DNA of 64,000 nucleotides from a virus. The number at the start of each line of letters is the position of its first letter. The first letter of the stretch is position 1. Below the pieces are notes generated by a model. The model was not told where the DNA came from. It ran no database searches and saw only the letters and a list, made by a program, of their open reading frames with translations. This document shows, piece after piece, positions 15,357 through 26,070 of this stretch. The stretch is taken from the IMG/VR virus record IMGVR_UViG_3300032298_001311, positions 64,773-128,772 of that record, one strand, 5' to 3'. A program made the position numbers and the translations under genes.

Positions 15357-17054
15357 TTATTTAACAGTTCTTCCTGGTATAAAAGTTCCTGGTTGCGGAT
15401 TTAATATATAAGGTGTACCTCTAGCTATTTCGTCAGGTTTTCTAAAATAAGTATTTCCACGATTTGATGAACTTGTCTGCCCCATTGCAATAGAATTTGG
15501 ATCATTTGCAGCATCTTGGTGAGCGGTACTACTAGAACTCATAATATATTGGGAAGATCTAAAACTAGTAGCACCTAATGTAGGGTCTTCTAGTTGACCA
15601 TTAACTAATCCGCTTATGATACTTTTCGCTTCTGAAAGTTGAGCATCTGATAGATTTGCTGCTCTGCGGCCAGAATAACCAACATATTGTTGTGGAGCCC
15701 TCGCTACTTCTGCCATATTTTTTCCACCAGGCCAGTTACCTTGTTGAGCTCTATTAATGATATTTGAGGCAACAGCAACTCTTCCCATAAAGCTACTTCC
15801 AGCTTCTCCGTACATAGCTGACGCAACATCTCTCATAATTGCATCATTTCCCAATTGTGATTTTAAAGCGGGGTCAACAGTTCTAAAGGTTCCTTCAGGA
15901 GAAAGTTGGCTAGGTACTTGATCATAATTGTATATTGTTTTATTATCAGGAAATCTTCCTAAAGGTGTACTATCCGGTGCTGCGCCGCCGCCTCCAGTTC
16001 CTGGTGCAGGTGTAGAACCTGCAGGTACATTATTAATTTTTCCTGCTCTAAATCCTTCAACCTGTTGCATAGCATCAATCATTTGTTGCTGTTGATTAGG
16101 TGTTAGAGATGACATAGGAGTGCTTGCTGGAACACCTAACGCTCCTGCAACTTCTGAAATATATCTAGCTGTATTATTTTCTCTCGGAGGTGCCCATAAT
16201 GTTATAGCGCCTGCAATTGTTTTGGAATTATATAATGAAGTGTCAAACAATCTTGCTCGCATTGCTTCTCTTCCTGCATTATAACTAGGAAAAACAGCAA
16301 ACCTACCGTCAGTACCTATTGCTCCTTTACTTTTTGAGAAATCACCATATTCCATATTTCCTGGATTATGGTTTCTCCAATTTCTATCACCAGTTCTTTT
16401 TTGAACTGAACCATCATTCATCTTAAGAGTTGTAGTTCCCGGACCAGCTTCTAAAACTTCTACGGCAAAATTTTCTGAATTAGCAGGAGGTATAGTATCT
16501 TCAGTAGGAGTATTGATAGGATTCTTTGGAGTTTGATCTAAAGAAGCAGGAGGATTGGGGTCAGGATTAGTGCTATTATATGGATTCATTGGTGTGTTCC
16601 CATAATTAAGAGCATCTGAAATTGTTTGAGCAGCAGCTTGAGCATATTGGTTTAAAGGAGCGCCGCCGCCTCCTCCTCCTCCGCCTCCGGATTGTTGTTC
16701 TTCGTCTTCTTCGGCTTTTCCTTTAACTTTAGCACCAAGAAGATGTGCCATTTCTTCTGTTTTTGCTTTAAGGTATTCTTTTTTGTTTTTTGCGCCTTTA
16801 GGAACTTTAAAAGTAAGTTTATATTCTAATGCTTCATTAATATCACCATCGTGATTTTTATTAGCTTTTGATTGAAGTATTTTCTTACGACTATCTAACT
16901 TACGATATTTTTTGTCTCTCTTACCTTTTTCTTCGGCAGGATTTCCTTCAGAATATCTTTTAGTGTTATCGGTCATTTGGGGATGTTTATCCGGATCTTC
17001 TGCTGAAAGAGAACCCGTACCTCCACCTGGAAGTGTACCTGTTACTGATGTCAT
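15357..17054 (-). CDS. Virion-associated muralytic protein: lysozyme-like domain plus SleB/Hydrolase_2-like domain
   Basis: RNHNPGN...DGRFAVF...TIAGAITLWAPPRENNT...MQQVEG, and AMYGEAG..GRVAVASNIINRA...QQY...DPTLGATSF. Confidence 0.72.
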   Translation of the reverse strand: MTSVTGTLPGGGTGSLSAEDPDKHPQMTDNTKRYSEGNPAEEKGKRDKKYRKLDSRKKILQSKANKNHDGDINEALEYKLTFKVPKGAKNKKEYLKAKTEEMAHLLGAKVKGKAEEDEEQQSGGGGGGGGGAPLNQYAQAAAQTISDALNYGNTPMNPYNSTNPDPNPPASLDQTPKNPINTPTEDTIPPANSENFAVEVLEAGPGTTTLKMNDGSVQKRTGDRNWRNHNPGNMEYGDFSKSKGAIGTDGRFAVFPSYNAGREAMRARLFDTSLYNSKTIAGAITLWAPPRENNTARYISEVAGALGVPASTPMSSLTPNQQQQMIDAMQQVEGFRAGKINNVPAGSTPAPGTGGGGAAPDSTPLGRFPDNKTIYNYDQVPSQLSPEGTFRTVDPALKSQLGNDAIMRDVASAMYGEAGSSFMGRVAVASNIINRAQQGNWPGGKNMAEVARAPQQYVGYSGRRAANLSDAQLSEAKSIISGLVNGQLEDPTLGATSFRSSQYIMSSSSTAHQDAANDPNSIAMGQTSSSNRGNTYFRKPDEIARGTPYILNPQPGTFIPGRTVK

Positions 17055-17077
17055 AACAATATTTATTGGAAATTAAT

Positions 17078-17392
17078 TTAAATTAGTTTACCAAAATCAC
17101 TGCTAGTTGCTGGTTGTATTCCAGATGTTCCTTTAATATATTGATTAGCTGTTGTTTTTTCTGTTTTAGCCATTACAATAACAACATTTTTAGGAAAACT
17201 TATTTCTCCTTCAATGTCTGCGGTTAAAAGAAGAGGAGTCATTGCTGGACCTTGCTGACTTATTGATAAAACTAAAGGTTTGCTTACCTTATAGAAGGAA
17301 TCGTCAACGGAAACTAATTTTGTGATAATTTCCTCACCTGTTATTAATTTAATAGTAACAACGTCGTTTGGTTTAAATGTTTGTACAAGCAT
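17078..17392 (-). CDS. Small beta-rich protein, possibly Sm-like fold
   Basis: DVVTIKLITGEEIITKL...VSKPL pattern, recalled from RNR-adjacent genes of T4-like phages. Confidence 0.5.
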   Translation of the reverse strand: MLVQTFKPNDVVTIKLITGEEIITKLVSVDDSFYKVSKPLVLSISQQGPAMTPLLLTADIEGEISFPKNVVIVMAKTEKTTANQYIKGTSGIQPATSSDFGKLI

Positions 17393-17661
17393 TATACGAA
17401 TCCTCTTAATTCATTTAATTCAATTTGTTCTTTTAATACCGCTGGATCTTGATTTTTCAATCCTTCGTATCCGCCAGGAACAAAAACGTCTCCATTAAGA
17501 TATAATTGTGGAACACTTTTATGTCCAGCTTCTTTAATCATGTTTAAAGAAACATCGTCTTGTGTTACATCAACGACTTCGTATTCTATCTTATTTGAAT
17601 CAAGCCAACTCTTTGCAAGTTCACAATGAGGGCAATTTGGTTTTGAATAAACTGTTAGCAT
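17392..17661 (-). CDS. Glutaredoxin / NrdH-like redoxin
   Basis: VYSKPNCPHC active site, SVPQL and GGY; adjacent to nrdB. Confidence 0.92.
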   Translation of the reverse strand: MLTVYSKPNCPHCELAKSWLDSNKIEYEVVDVTQDDVSLNMIKEAGHKSVPQLYLNGDVFVPGGYEGLKNQDPAVLKEQIELNELRGFV

Positions 17662-17669
17662 ATAAACTC

Positions 17670-18782
17670 CTATAGTGAAAAACCTTTAAAACTTTCTTCG
17701 TCAACGTCTTGCTTTACTCCACCAACAATGTAACTGGTAATTTCTGTTTCTTGTGGTGCAACTTGCACCTCTGCACCTGATATCCATTTTTGTGTCCACG
17801 GTAATGGATTGCTTCCGCCTTTATACTTTGTAGGTAATCCAATAGCAGTCATACGCTTATTGGCAATCCATTCAACATAGTCACAAAGTAGTTGCTTGTT
17901 AAGACCAATCATAGATCCATCCTTAAAGAGATATTCTGCCCACTTCTTTTCTTGTTCAACAGCATCGTCAAATAGTTTAACACATTCTGCTTCACATTCA
18001 ATAGCAATTTGAGCATAATCTGGATCATCCTTTGGAAGTAACTTTAATAAAGTCTGTGTTCCAGCAAGATGAATATTCTCATCTCGAGCAATGAACTTAA
18101 TAATCTTAGCATTGCCTTCCATCTTCTTAACTTCAGCAAATGCCCACGAACAAGCAAATGAAACATAGAAGCGAATACCTTCAAGAATATTAACACTCAT
18201 TATGGCCATCCATAATGCTCTTTTGTGTGAATAATTTGGAGGTTCGTCGAAACAATTATCTCGTTCCCTAGGACTCATATTATTAAGACATATTAATTGA
18301 TCATAATATTTGCTAATATCTGTAGCACAATCAGCTATTTCCTTAACATCTAACATTTCATCAAAAACCTTAGATGGGTTAGGATAAATGTTTCTAATGA
18401 TATGTGTATAACTTCGACTATGGATAGTCTCAAAGAATGTCCAAGTATTGATCCAAGTTTCTAGTTCAGGTAAACTACAGATAGGTCCAAAGGCTAATGT
18501 TGGAGCACGACCTTGAACACTATCAAGTAGGATTTGTCTCTTTAAATTACTAGTGAAAATATGTTGCTCATGATCTGTTAGATCTTTGAAATCTTTTGCA
18601 TCACGGAGAATATCAACTTCGTGAGGTAACCAAAAGAAAGATAGCTGCTTTTCGGTTAATTTTTCAAACTGACGATACTTCATAGTATCATAACGCTGTA
18701 AAGTCACCCCACCATTAGTATCAAGAAATGCCAAAGACTCTGTATGGTTGGCACGATTATTGCTATCAAAAACTGAATTCAT
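17670..18782 (-). CDS. nrdB: Ribonucleotide reductase class Ia beta subunit
   Basis: FFWLPHEV, ETIHSRSY, LEGIRFYVSF, RDENIH and VAPQETEI. Confidence 0.98.
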   Translation of the reverse strand: MNSVFDSNNRANHTESLAFLDTNGGVTLQRYDTMKYRQFEKLTEKQLSFFWLPHEVDILRDAKDFKDLTDHEQHIFTSNLKRQILLDSVQGRAPTLAFGPICSLPELETWINTWTFFETIHSRSYTHIIRNIYPNPSKVFDEMLDVKEIADCATDISKYYDQLICLNNMSPRERDNCFDEPPNYSHKRALWMAIMSVNILEGIRFYVSFACSWAFAEVKKMEGNAKIIKFIARDENIHLAGTQTLLKLLPKDDPDYAQIAIECEAECVKLFDDAVEQEKKWAEYLFKDGSMIGLNKQLLCDYVEWIANKRMTAIGLPTKYKGGSNPLPWTQKWISGAEVQVAPQETEITSYIVGGVKQDVDEESFKGFSL

Positions 18783-18796
18783 CTTTTTCTTATTCC

Positions 18797-21106
18797 TTAT
18801 ATTTTACAACTTTCGCAATCTTCTTCGATGAGTTCAGCCTGTTGCGAATCTGGTAACTCTTCCCCCACGAGCTTATTAACATTTAGCTCGCCTTGTCCGT
18901 CATACGAATTAAAATAATATAACTGTTTTCCACCTAATTTGTAAAACATTAAGACATGTTGGAGCATAACGCTCATTGGAATTTTTTCATCTGCAAAGAA
19001 TTGTGGATTATAACTTGTATTGACACTAATACCTTGATCGATATATTTTTGCAAGATAGCACAAATTTTTAGATATCCTTCTGGACTTTGTTGATCCCAA
19101 AGCAATTCGTACTTATTCTTAAGACGACGATACTCCGGAACGACTTGCTTTAGAACACCATGCTTGCTCTGTTTAATTGAAATATATGAACGAGGCGGCT
19201 CTATACCATTTGTTGCATTAGCAATCTGTGCCGATGTCTCAGCAGGCATTAGAGCCATAAGTGTAGCATTTCTGATTCCGTGTGTTTTTAATTCTTCTCT
19301 TAATTTTTCCCAAGGCATACGTTCAATGTAAGGTACTAATTCATCAATATCTTTTTTGCGTGTATCGATAGGTACAATGCCCTTTGCATACTTTGTATCT
19401 TCTGGCTTACCACATGTGCCTTGCTCTTTGGCGAGGTCGACGCTGGCTTTAATTAGATAATAACTCCATGCTTCTGCATATTCGTCAATTTTTACCAATG
19501 CATCTGTATCAGAATAACTTAAATCATTCTTAGCAAGCCAATAAGCGAGATTAATAATACCAACACCAAGTGGACGATATTCTTTAGTTGCTATATCAGC
19601 AGCCTTAACAGGATAACTTTGATAACTCAACAGAGCATCGAGTCCTCTTACTGCTAATGCACAAGGTTTTTCAAAATCTTCTGGGTCTCTAATATTTCCC
19701 CAGTTGATGGCACTCAATGTACATAATGCAATACGACCATCTTCGTCGAAAATATTGGTTAGTGGTTTTGTTGGTAAATCAATTTCACAGCAAAGATTAC
19801 TTTGTTTAATTGGAGCAACCTTTTCATCAAACGAACTGTGTGTATTTGCATTATCAACATTCATAAGATAGATACGTCCTGTATCTTTTCTTTCTTTCAT
19901 AAATGCTGAAAATAAATCGATAGCTTTAACTTTCTTCTTACGAAGCTTTGAATTAGACTCTGCTTTTTCATACAGTTCAGCAAATTTATTTTGATCACTA
20001 AAAAACGCTTCGAACATATCAGGTACGTCATTAGGACTAAACAAAGTTATATCACCTCCCTTTATCAATCGTTGATAGAACAGTCTACTAAACTGTACCC
20101 CGTAGTCCATATGACGCACCCTATTGTCCTCGATGCCCTTACTGTTTTTAAGGACAAGGAGATCTTCAACTTCGTAATGCCATATTGGATAATACAATGT
20201 GGCCGCACCATTACGAACTCCTCCTTGCGAACAGCTTCTAACTGCCGCTTGGAACATTTTGTAGAAAGGTATAACACCTGTGTGACTTGTGTCACCGTTA
20301 CGAACTGGAGAGCCTAATGCTCTAATTCTTCCTGCTCCTAACCCAATGCCTGCTTTCTGCGAAACATACTTTACTATAGCAGAAGTTGTGGCATTGATGC
20401 TATCTAAACTATCATCTGTTTCAATTAAAACGCATGAACTAAACTGACGCTGTGGTGTACGAACACCTGCCATAACAGGTGTAGGCAATGAAATGTCATG
20501 TGTAGAAATTGCTTCATAGTATTCTCGGATCCAATGCATACGTGTTTCTTTTGGATACGCATGAAATAGTGTAGCAGCGATTAACAAATATGATACTTGG
20601 GGAGTTTCGAGTATCTGTCCTGTTACACGATTTTGTACAAGATACTTTCCTCGCATTTGTTCCATAGCAACATATGTAAGATCCATGTCTCTTTCATGTT
20701 TAATATATGACTCTAATTTAGTCCATTCATTTTCTGCATACCAATTAATTAATTCATTTGTATAATAACCTAATTGAACATTTCTTTTTACAAGTTCTAA
20801 CAATGAAATAGGTTTGTAATCGTTATAAACTTCTTTGCGTAATGCATAATTAATGAGTCTACCTGCAACATATTGATAATTAGGTGCTTCTTCAGAAATA
20901 AGGTCAGCTGCGGCTTTAATAAGTGTTTCTTGAATATCTGTAGTCTTTATATTATTATAAAATTGTAATTGTGACTTAATTTCTAATTCACTAGCACTAA
21001 CTCCAGTTAATCCTTCAGTAGCCCAAAAGACAACACGATGTATCTTGTCTAGATTTAGATCTTCTTTTCTTCCGTCCCTTTTTATAATTGTTATGCGTGA
21101 ACTCAT
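18797..21106 (-). CDS. nrdA: Ribonucleotide reductase class Ia alpha subunit with ATP cone
   Basis: IIKRDGRKE cone, PTPVMAG, QFSSC, SNLCCEI, MPAETSA and C-terminal CESCKI. Confidence 0.99.
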   Translation of the reverse strand: MSSRITIIKRDGRKEDLNLDKIHRVVFWATEGLTGVSASELEIKSQLQFYNNIKTTDIQETLIKAAADLISEEAPNYQYVAGRLINYALRKEVYNDYKPISLLELVKRNVQLGYYTNELINWYAENEWTKLESYIKHERDMDLTYVAMEQMRGKYLVQNRVTGQILETPQVSYLLIAATLFHAYPKETRMHWIREYYEAISTHDISLPTPVMAGVRTPQRQFSSCVLIETDDSLDSINATTSAIVKYVSQKAGIGLGAGRIRALGSPVRNGDTSHTGVIPFYKMFQAAVRSCSQGGVRNGAATLYYPIWHYEVEDLLVLKNSKGIEDNRVRHMDYGVQFSRLFYQRLIKGGDITLFSPNDVPDMFEAFFSDQNKFAELYEKAESNSKLRKKKVKAIDLFSAFMKERKDTGRIYLMNVDNANTHSSFDEKVAPIKQSNLCCEIDLPTKPLTNIFDEDGRIALCTLSAINWGNIRDPEDFEKPCALAVRGLDALLSYQSYPVKAADIATKEYRPLGVGIINLAYWLAKNDLSYSDTDALVKIDEYAEAWSYYLIKASVDLAKEQGTCGKPEDTKYAKGIVPIDTRKKDIDELVPYIERMPWEKLREELKTHGIRNATLMALMPAETSAQIANATNGIEPPRSYISIKQSKHGVLKQVVPEYRRLKNKYELLWDQQSPEGYLKICAILQKYIDQGISVNTSYNPQFFADEKIPMSVMLQHVLMFYKLGGKQLYYFNSYDGQGELNVNKLVGEELPDSQQAELIEEDCESCKI

Positions 21107-21299
21107 GGTTATATCCTTATTCAGAAGCTATTTTTAATTTTATGAACTGCTCGTCGAAACAAGTCGAATATTTATGAGAGTGGTGGACGGGATATTCTAG
21201 TAGTATATTTCTCTGTCTCAAAGTGATAAATTGTCTCATAATACCTATTATACTAATTCGATATGCATTTGTATAGTATTAATTACCTTAAGGCAACCA

Positions 21300-21731
21300 T
21301 TATGAGTAATTTTTCAACATAGGATAAGATGCTTGTATTATTATATCTAAAGGTAGTTCTTCTTGTAATATAGCACGGTTGTAAAAATAGCCAATTACAT
21401 GATCGTCTACAAATAACAAATATCGTAATTCGTGTGCTTCTCGATCGTTTACTATTTGTATTTCAAAATAACTATCTTTGAATCTATCAGTTAAAGAAAG
21501 TGTGTAGTATATTGCAAGAATTTTTGAAAATTCACAATAATGATTATCTTCAATTAATGTCCAAGGGTCGAGCCAGGATGTTTGATTAAACGGGTCACAG
21601 GATAATGCACTGATTGGCGCTTTATTCCAAAAGTCTATAGTTGCTTGAATAGGATCAAAATGATCTTCGAGATTCTTTCGAAATTCAAACCAATAACTAA
21701 GTCTAGTTTCAAACTTCTCAAAGAAAATCAT
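21300..21731 (-). CDS. Hypothetical protein
   Basis: 143-aa ORF co-oriented with its neighbours. Confidence 0.65.
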   Translation of the reverse strand: MIFFEKFETRLSYWFEFRKNLEDHFDPIQATIDFWNKAPISALSCDPFNQTSWLDPWTLIEDNHYCEFSKILAIYYTLSLTDRFKDSYFEIQIVNDREAHELRYLLFVDDHVIGYFYNRAILQEELPLDIIIQASYPMLKNYS

Positions 21732-21740
21732 TAATATAAA

Positions 21741-23393
21741 CTAAGTTCCTTTTGCTAAAGCACGGTAAGAATAACTCATAACACCAACGCCGTTTCCTGT
21801 AGGATTCCATAATTTAAGCACTAATGTTTCTTTATATCCGTCACCGTCGTAGTCTTGTAAAGCAGATGAAAATTCTATATTTTCAACTGTAGTGCTTCCG
21901 CTGTAGGTGTAATTATCTTCTAAATGATATTTATTAGTGTATAAATTAGCAGTTATATGAATAGTTCCTGTTCTTACAGATGAACCTCCACTATTTTTGT
22001 GAATAATATATTCAATAATATATATAGAAGATTCGTGAATTGGAAAACGGAAAAATTCTATTGGAACACTAGGTGTAGTTTCTAAAGGTCTAGTAAATGA
22101 TGTAGGATCTATAACAAGTCCGCTAGTTCTAATATTAGAATAAAATGGAATAAGGCCAAAATTTGTTTGGTCTCTTAATTTATCATTCCTTTCAAAAAAA
22201 TCATTACTACTTTGATTATTAGGAGTATCATATCTTATAATTGGATATGTAGCACTTGCATGTCCTTCGTTATTATTTCCTACAAGCATAAATTTATTAT
22301 TTGAGCTAGTATTCCCAAAACCAATTTTTATATATATTCCATAACGATCAATTAAATCAAAGTAACAGCTATCAACTTTTGTATTTACAGCACCAAATAC
22401 AGAATTATCAATATCTCCTGATTGAATACCATCATATAATTGATAAAATTGACAATTTTGAAAACTTATATCATTATGATCTGTATCGGAGAAAAATCCA
22501 AATCCTGTCTTATTAAAAATACAAGATAAAAATTGTACATTTTCGGATCTATGAATACCTGAAGTTCCTCTAGCATATATCCCTGTTTGCATTTCTACAT
22601 CAATGGGAGAAGTTCCTTTTGGTTGAATTCCGTTAACCCAAGATCCTAAAAACTTTACTTGATTGAAAATTGAGCTATCAGTATTATCTAAAAGAACAAT
22701 AGTATCACTATGATCTGTTTGTAATGTTAATTTTTCAATAGTTATAAATCTAGGACGTGACTCGGTATAAGACATACTTTCAAATGGTGTATAAACTCCA
22801 GGAGTGCTTACGCCATCAACCATACGCATTAAAGATCCATATGATCCTGTCCCTGTTAAATGTATAATTGTACTATCGATTCCAGCCCCCATTATATGAC
22901 AATAAGGAGGAATTTTTAATTCTTCCGAAATAAAATATTCACCAGGACCAAAATATAGTATAACTCTAGTATCTGGATTTCTATTAGCAACATTCAAATA
23001 TAATTGGTCAATTGCCCTTTGTATATCTTCAGTGACATCATCTCCTCTTTCTACACTCTTTTCATATATAAAGGATTTAATATCTACTCTTTCATCAAAT
23101 CTTTGTTGTAATGTTCTTTGTACAGGTTGTAGATCTGTTGGACCAGTCTTAATAATGTAATTATTTCTTTGATATTGGTAAGCCTCTGCAAAATCTAAAA
23201 TATTTACATGTTCTGTAAGGATTTGTGTATTACCAACGTATGGAGCACCCTCGGAAACTGATCCATTTCCTATATAAAGTTCTTGAGTATCTATAGCCCA
23301 GCCTATTTCGCCACTAGCTAACTGTGGAAATCCTGTAGCAGAATCTTTTCTACCTCTACGTTGCTGAATGCGTGAAATCTGGACGACAGCCAT
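21741..23393 (-). CDS. Tail fibre / tailspike-like protein (Mtd_N-like N-terminus, beta-helix pectate-lyase-like middle)
   Basis: MAVVQISRIQ.RRG...PQLASGEIGWA.D..ELYIGNG, DD...IQRAID...ILYFGPGEY and repeated beta-helix rungs. Confidence 0.7.
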   Translation of the reverse strand: MAVVQISRIQQRRGRKDSATGFPQLASGEIGWAIDTQELYIGNGSVSEGAPYVGNTQILTEHVNILDFAEAYQYQRNNYIIKTGPTDLQPVQRTLQQRFDERVDIKSFIYEKSVERGDDVTEDIQRAIDQLYLNVANRNPDTRVILYFGPGEYFISEELKIPPYCHIMGAGIDSTIIHLTGTGSYGSLMRMVDGVSTPGVYTPFESMSYTESRPRFITIEKLTLQTDHSDTIVLLDNTDSSIFNQVKFLGSWVNGIQPKGTSPIDVEMQTGIYARGTSGIHRSENVQFLSCIFNKTGFGFFSDTDHNDISFQNCQFYQLYDGIQSGDIDNSVFGAVNTKVDSCYFDLIDRYGIYIKIGFGNTSSNNKFMLVGNNNEGHASATYPIIRYDTPNNQSSNDFFERNDKLRDQTNFGLIPFYSNIRTSGLVIDPTSFTRPLETTPSVPIEFFRFPIHESSIYIIEYIIHKNSGGSSVRTGTIHITANLYTNKYHLEDNYTYSGSTTVENIEFSSALQDYDGDGYKETLVLKLWNPTGNGVGVMSYSYRALAKGT

Positions 23394-23421
23394 ATATAAT
23401 ACTCCGAAGTGTTTTATATAT

Positions 23422-24099
23422 TTAGTTGTTCAGATAATACTGCTCCACCCGGCGCCACCACTTATCGCGCCAATAATCATACTTGTCTTCTGTTAAATCA
23501 AATTGTTGGTATACCAAATCACGACTGCACATAAAAACATGTCCATGGCGTATTTTACTATTGTAAACTTCATTATGAGCTTCTGCATATGCTATAAGTT
23601 GTAGATAGTAATCTTCAATCCACTCTTCTTTTTTAGGCTTATTAGTCTGCTTAAAATCCATGATACATTCATTGCCTTTAAAAACACCCGGCAAGTCTGT
23701 AGCACCAGCATATATCTGAGGGAAATAAAGACTAACTTCACTGCCCCATATTTCATCAATATGACACATTGCTTCGTCACGAATTCTTTCCGCCATTTTA
23801 TGTGCTTGTTGAGAATAAGGGTTAGTACCTGGGTCAGGCCAGTCTCCTGTAGCAATATATTTTTCAAGGAAGGTATGCATCCTTGTCCCAACACCTGCTG
23901 CTTCTGTGACAATTTCTTGTGCTTTCTTTTCACCTACACGTTTACGCCACTCTATTAAATGAGTCTTGTCTTTAGTACTATCAAGAATCGTAGTTACAGA
24001 AGGTACCTTATTTCCATCTGGACACTCGTAGAGTCTTTTACCATTTTCTGATTTGCGATTAATTGGGGTATAATCAAACCGTGGTTTTATTAGGGTCAT
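23422..24099 (-). CDS. PD-(D/E)XK exonuclease (Cas4/MGME1-like phage exonuclease)
   Basis: VPSVTTIL, GTRMH, SEVSL, AGATD, IMDFKQT and LQLIAYA. Confidence 0.85.
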   Translation of the reverse strand: MTLIKPRFDYTPINRKSENGKRLYECPDGNKVPSVTTILDSTKDKTHLIEWRKRVGEKKAQEIVTEAAGVGTRMHTFLEKYIATGDWPDPGTNPYSQQAHKMAERIRDEAMCHIDEIWGSEVSLYFPQIYAGATDLPGVFKGNECIMDFKQTNKPKKEEWIEDYYLQLIAYAEAHNEVYNSKIRHGHVFMCSRDLVYQQFDLTEDKYDYWRDKWWRRVEQYYLNN

Positions 24100-24131
24100 T
24101 GTTTACATTTTAACTTCTATCGAAATAAAGG

Positions 24132-24467
24132 TCAACCAACTCGGCGTTTTGCAGCATTTTTAGCCATTTTAGAAATACTAGTTTCTTTTTCGCCGCCTTG
24201 TGACTTTTTAGGATCTGTACCATAAGTTTTAAGTTCAACACCTCTATCGTCAAACTTGAAAACTAATTTCTGTATCATTGGGGAAGCATCATATTGTGCT
24301 TTGAAACTTTCGTAATCAAACTGTTCATCGCCAACATTCTGCATAAGATTGTTTAAAGCAGCCCAATTAAGAAAACTAGGCTGCTGCTTACTATTTGCTT
24401 GTGCTACTAAATTTCTTAAAAGTAGCACGAGATTATTACTTACGGCTTCTACTTCAGTTATTCTCAT
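24132..24467 (-). CDS. Hypothetical head-region protein
   Basis: MRITEVE N-terminus; overlaps the upstream gene. Confidence 0.6.
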   Translation of the reverse strand: MRITEVEAVSNNLVLLLRNLVAQANSKQQPSFLNWAALNNLMQNVGDEQFDYESFKAQYDASPMIQKLVFKFDDRGVELKTYGTDPKKSQGGEKETSISKMAKNAAKRRVG

Positions 24468-25585
24468 CTGCCAACTAAAAGTTTTGTAAGACGTAGACGA
24501 TGCTCAATGCTTTCTCTCTTAGCGCGATCTGCTGGAGCAGCAACATCTATATCCATCTCTGCATCATCTGTTGGCATCTCTGCATCTAATTCTGCGTCCA
24601 TGCCTGGTTCCATATCCATGTCCATTCCTGCATCCATGCCTGGCTCTGCTCCCATTGGAGTTGGAGCAACACCTGTTAGTGATGCAACTGAACCGTTAAG
24701 TGCTTCACGTGCGCCCTTAACTGACTGGAAAGCTGCGTCTAGTGCAGGTTGAACTGAAGCAGTAAATGCTTCTGCTTGGTCTGCACCTAGCTCGTCACGA
24801 ATAGCATCAGCCATTTCCATAGCAGTCTGTGCCTGCATCTGAGCAATATCTTCTGACCAACCAGTGAACTTATCAACCATATCCTTGACAGCCATAATTA
24901 GTTCTGCCTTTGATTCTTCACCTTCGCGAAGTAAACGTGATATTGATTCCATTACAGATTCCTTTACCTTCTTCTTATCTTTAGCAGCCTTCTTCATAGG
25001 CTCTTTCTTGTTATTATTTTTATTAAGATCTAGAAAGTCTGGCTTTGCTGCTTCCTTAACAGGATATGTCTTTCCACCAACTTTAATCTTTTCACCAGGT
25101 TGAATATCATTTTCTTTAGCTTTACTAACTGCTAGACCGAAAGCATTACCCTCGTTTGGTGATTCGTCAGTCTTCTTATGCTTTGGAAGTCCCTTGTGCT
25201 TTGTGCCAGCAAACTTCTCAAGTTCCTTTGTACTCATTCCTGCCATTGACTTTGATGGTCCCTTAAGACCTGCTGTAGAACCCTTACGCTTTGCTGTTAG
25301 AGCAGCACCAGCAGCCTGTTGTTGAGCTTTACTTACAGCTCTTTCACTAATTGTAGTTCTAACAATATCCTGCATGAGCTTTAGGCGATGAAATTCTTCA
25401 CTTTCTAAAGTCTCATTAAACTTGCCCTTTTTAAGAACAGAAATACGGCTTTCGATCAATCTTGCTGCCTTTTCTAGTTGTGCTGAATTATAGCTGTCAA
25501 TATCAAGTTTTTCCCCGAAATGCTTACTAAGGGTCTCGTTCATAACCTTTGCAGTTGGTTTAGTTGTAAAGTCGCTGGTTCTCAT
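24464..25585 (-). CDS. Probable prohead core / scaffold-like protein
   Basis: Charged and helical; contains ELEKFAGTKHKGLP and KPDFLDL..KKEPMKKAA modules and an acidic Met/Asp/Pro linker; late promoter upstream. Confidence 0.5.
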   Translation of the reverse strand: MRTSDFTTKPTAKVMNETLSKHFGEKLDIDSYNSAQLEKAARLIESRISVLKKGKFNETLESEEFHRLKLMQDIVRTTISERAVSKAQQQAAGAALTAKRKGSTAGLKGPSKSMAGMSTKELEKFAGTKHKGLPKHKKTDESPNEGNAFGLAVSKAKENDIQPGEKIKVGGKTYPVKEAAKPDFLDLNKNNNKKEPMKKAAKDKKKVKESVMESISRLLREGEESKAELIMAVKDMVDKFTGWSEDIAQMQAQTAMEMADAIRDELGADQAEAFTASVQPALDAAFQSVKGAREALNGSVASLTGVAPTPMGAEPGMDAGMDMDMEPGMDAELDAEMPTDDAEMDIDVAAPADRAKRESIEHRLRLTKLLVGR

Positions 25586-25626
25586 TGTTAGTTTCCTGTT
25601 TTGGATGTTGTATTATTTATCATCAG

Positions 25627-26070
25627 TTAAAATAATAAAGAATAACTTTTTTGAAGTGTTGCTTTAGCTTGTTGATACTTTTGATCTGTTACTTCAAATC
25701 TTGTTGTATATAGTTCTTCTTTAAGATAGTTGTTATTCTTTTCAGCAACTTTTATTTGACGCTTATAAACTTCTAAGTCCTGTCGAGCACTAAAGGCGAT
25801 GCGATCCGACTCTATTACTTCTCTTATTTGATCTCCTCCTATTTTCTTTGTGAGCATACGAGCAACAATCATTGCTGCTGATTTTGAATAGGTGGAATAT
25901 AACAATTGAGCACTATGCTTTACATGATACTTCCCATCCTTAGGTTGAATAATGTATGTTCCAATGAGAATGCCATTTTTCGTAATGATAGGCATTGCTC
26001 CACTACGAACAACATCTTTAGAGATAGATTCTAGTTTATCAGCTACTTCTTTGGGATTTTGGACCAACAT
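25627..26070 (-). CDS. Hypothetical protein
   Basis: ORF in a tightly packed late cluster. Confidence 0.6.
   Translation of the reverse strand: MLVQNPKEVADKLESISKDVVRSGAMPIITKNGILIGTYIIQPKDGKYHVKHSAQLLYSTYSKSAAMIVARMLTKKIGGDQIREVIESDRIAFSARQDLEVYKRQIKVAEKNNNYLKEELYTTRFEVTDQKYQQAKATLQKSYSLLF

Noticed and set aside
17670-21106. Introns or inteins in nrdA/nrdB
   Set aside because: Both are uninterrupted and of normal length.
21107-21299. Possible NrdR boxes upstream of nrdA
   Set aside because: I could not identify a convincing palindromic pair by eye; only a CATAAATA late-type promoter is evident.
21741-23393. Diversity-generating retroelement, suggested by the Mtd-like N-terminus
   Set aside because: No reverse transcriptase or template/variable repeat pair is visible in the window.
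23422-24099. Cas4 as evidence of a CRISPR-Cas system
   Set aside because: It lacks the four-Cys Fe-S motif and any cas neighbours; ordinary phage PD-(D/E)XK exonuclease.
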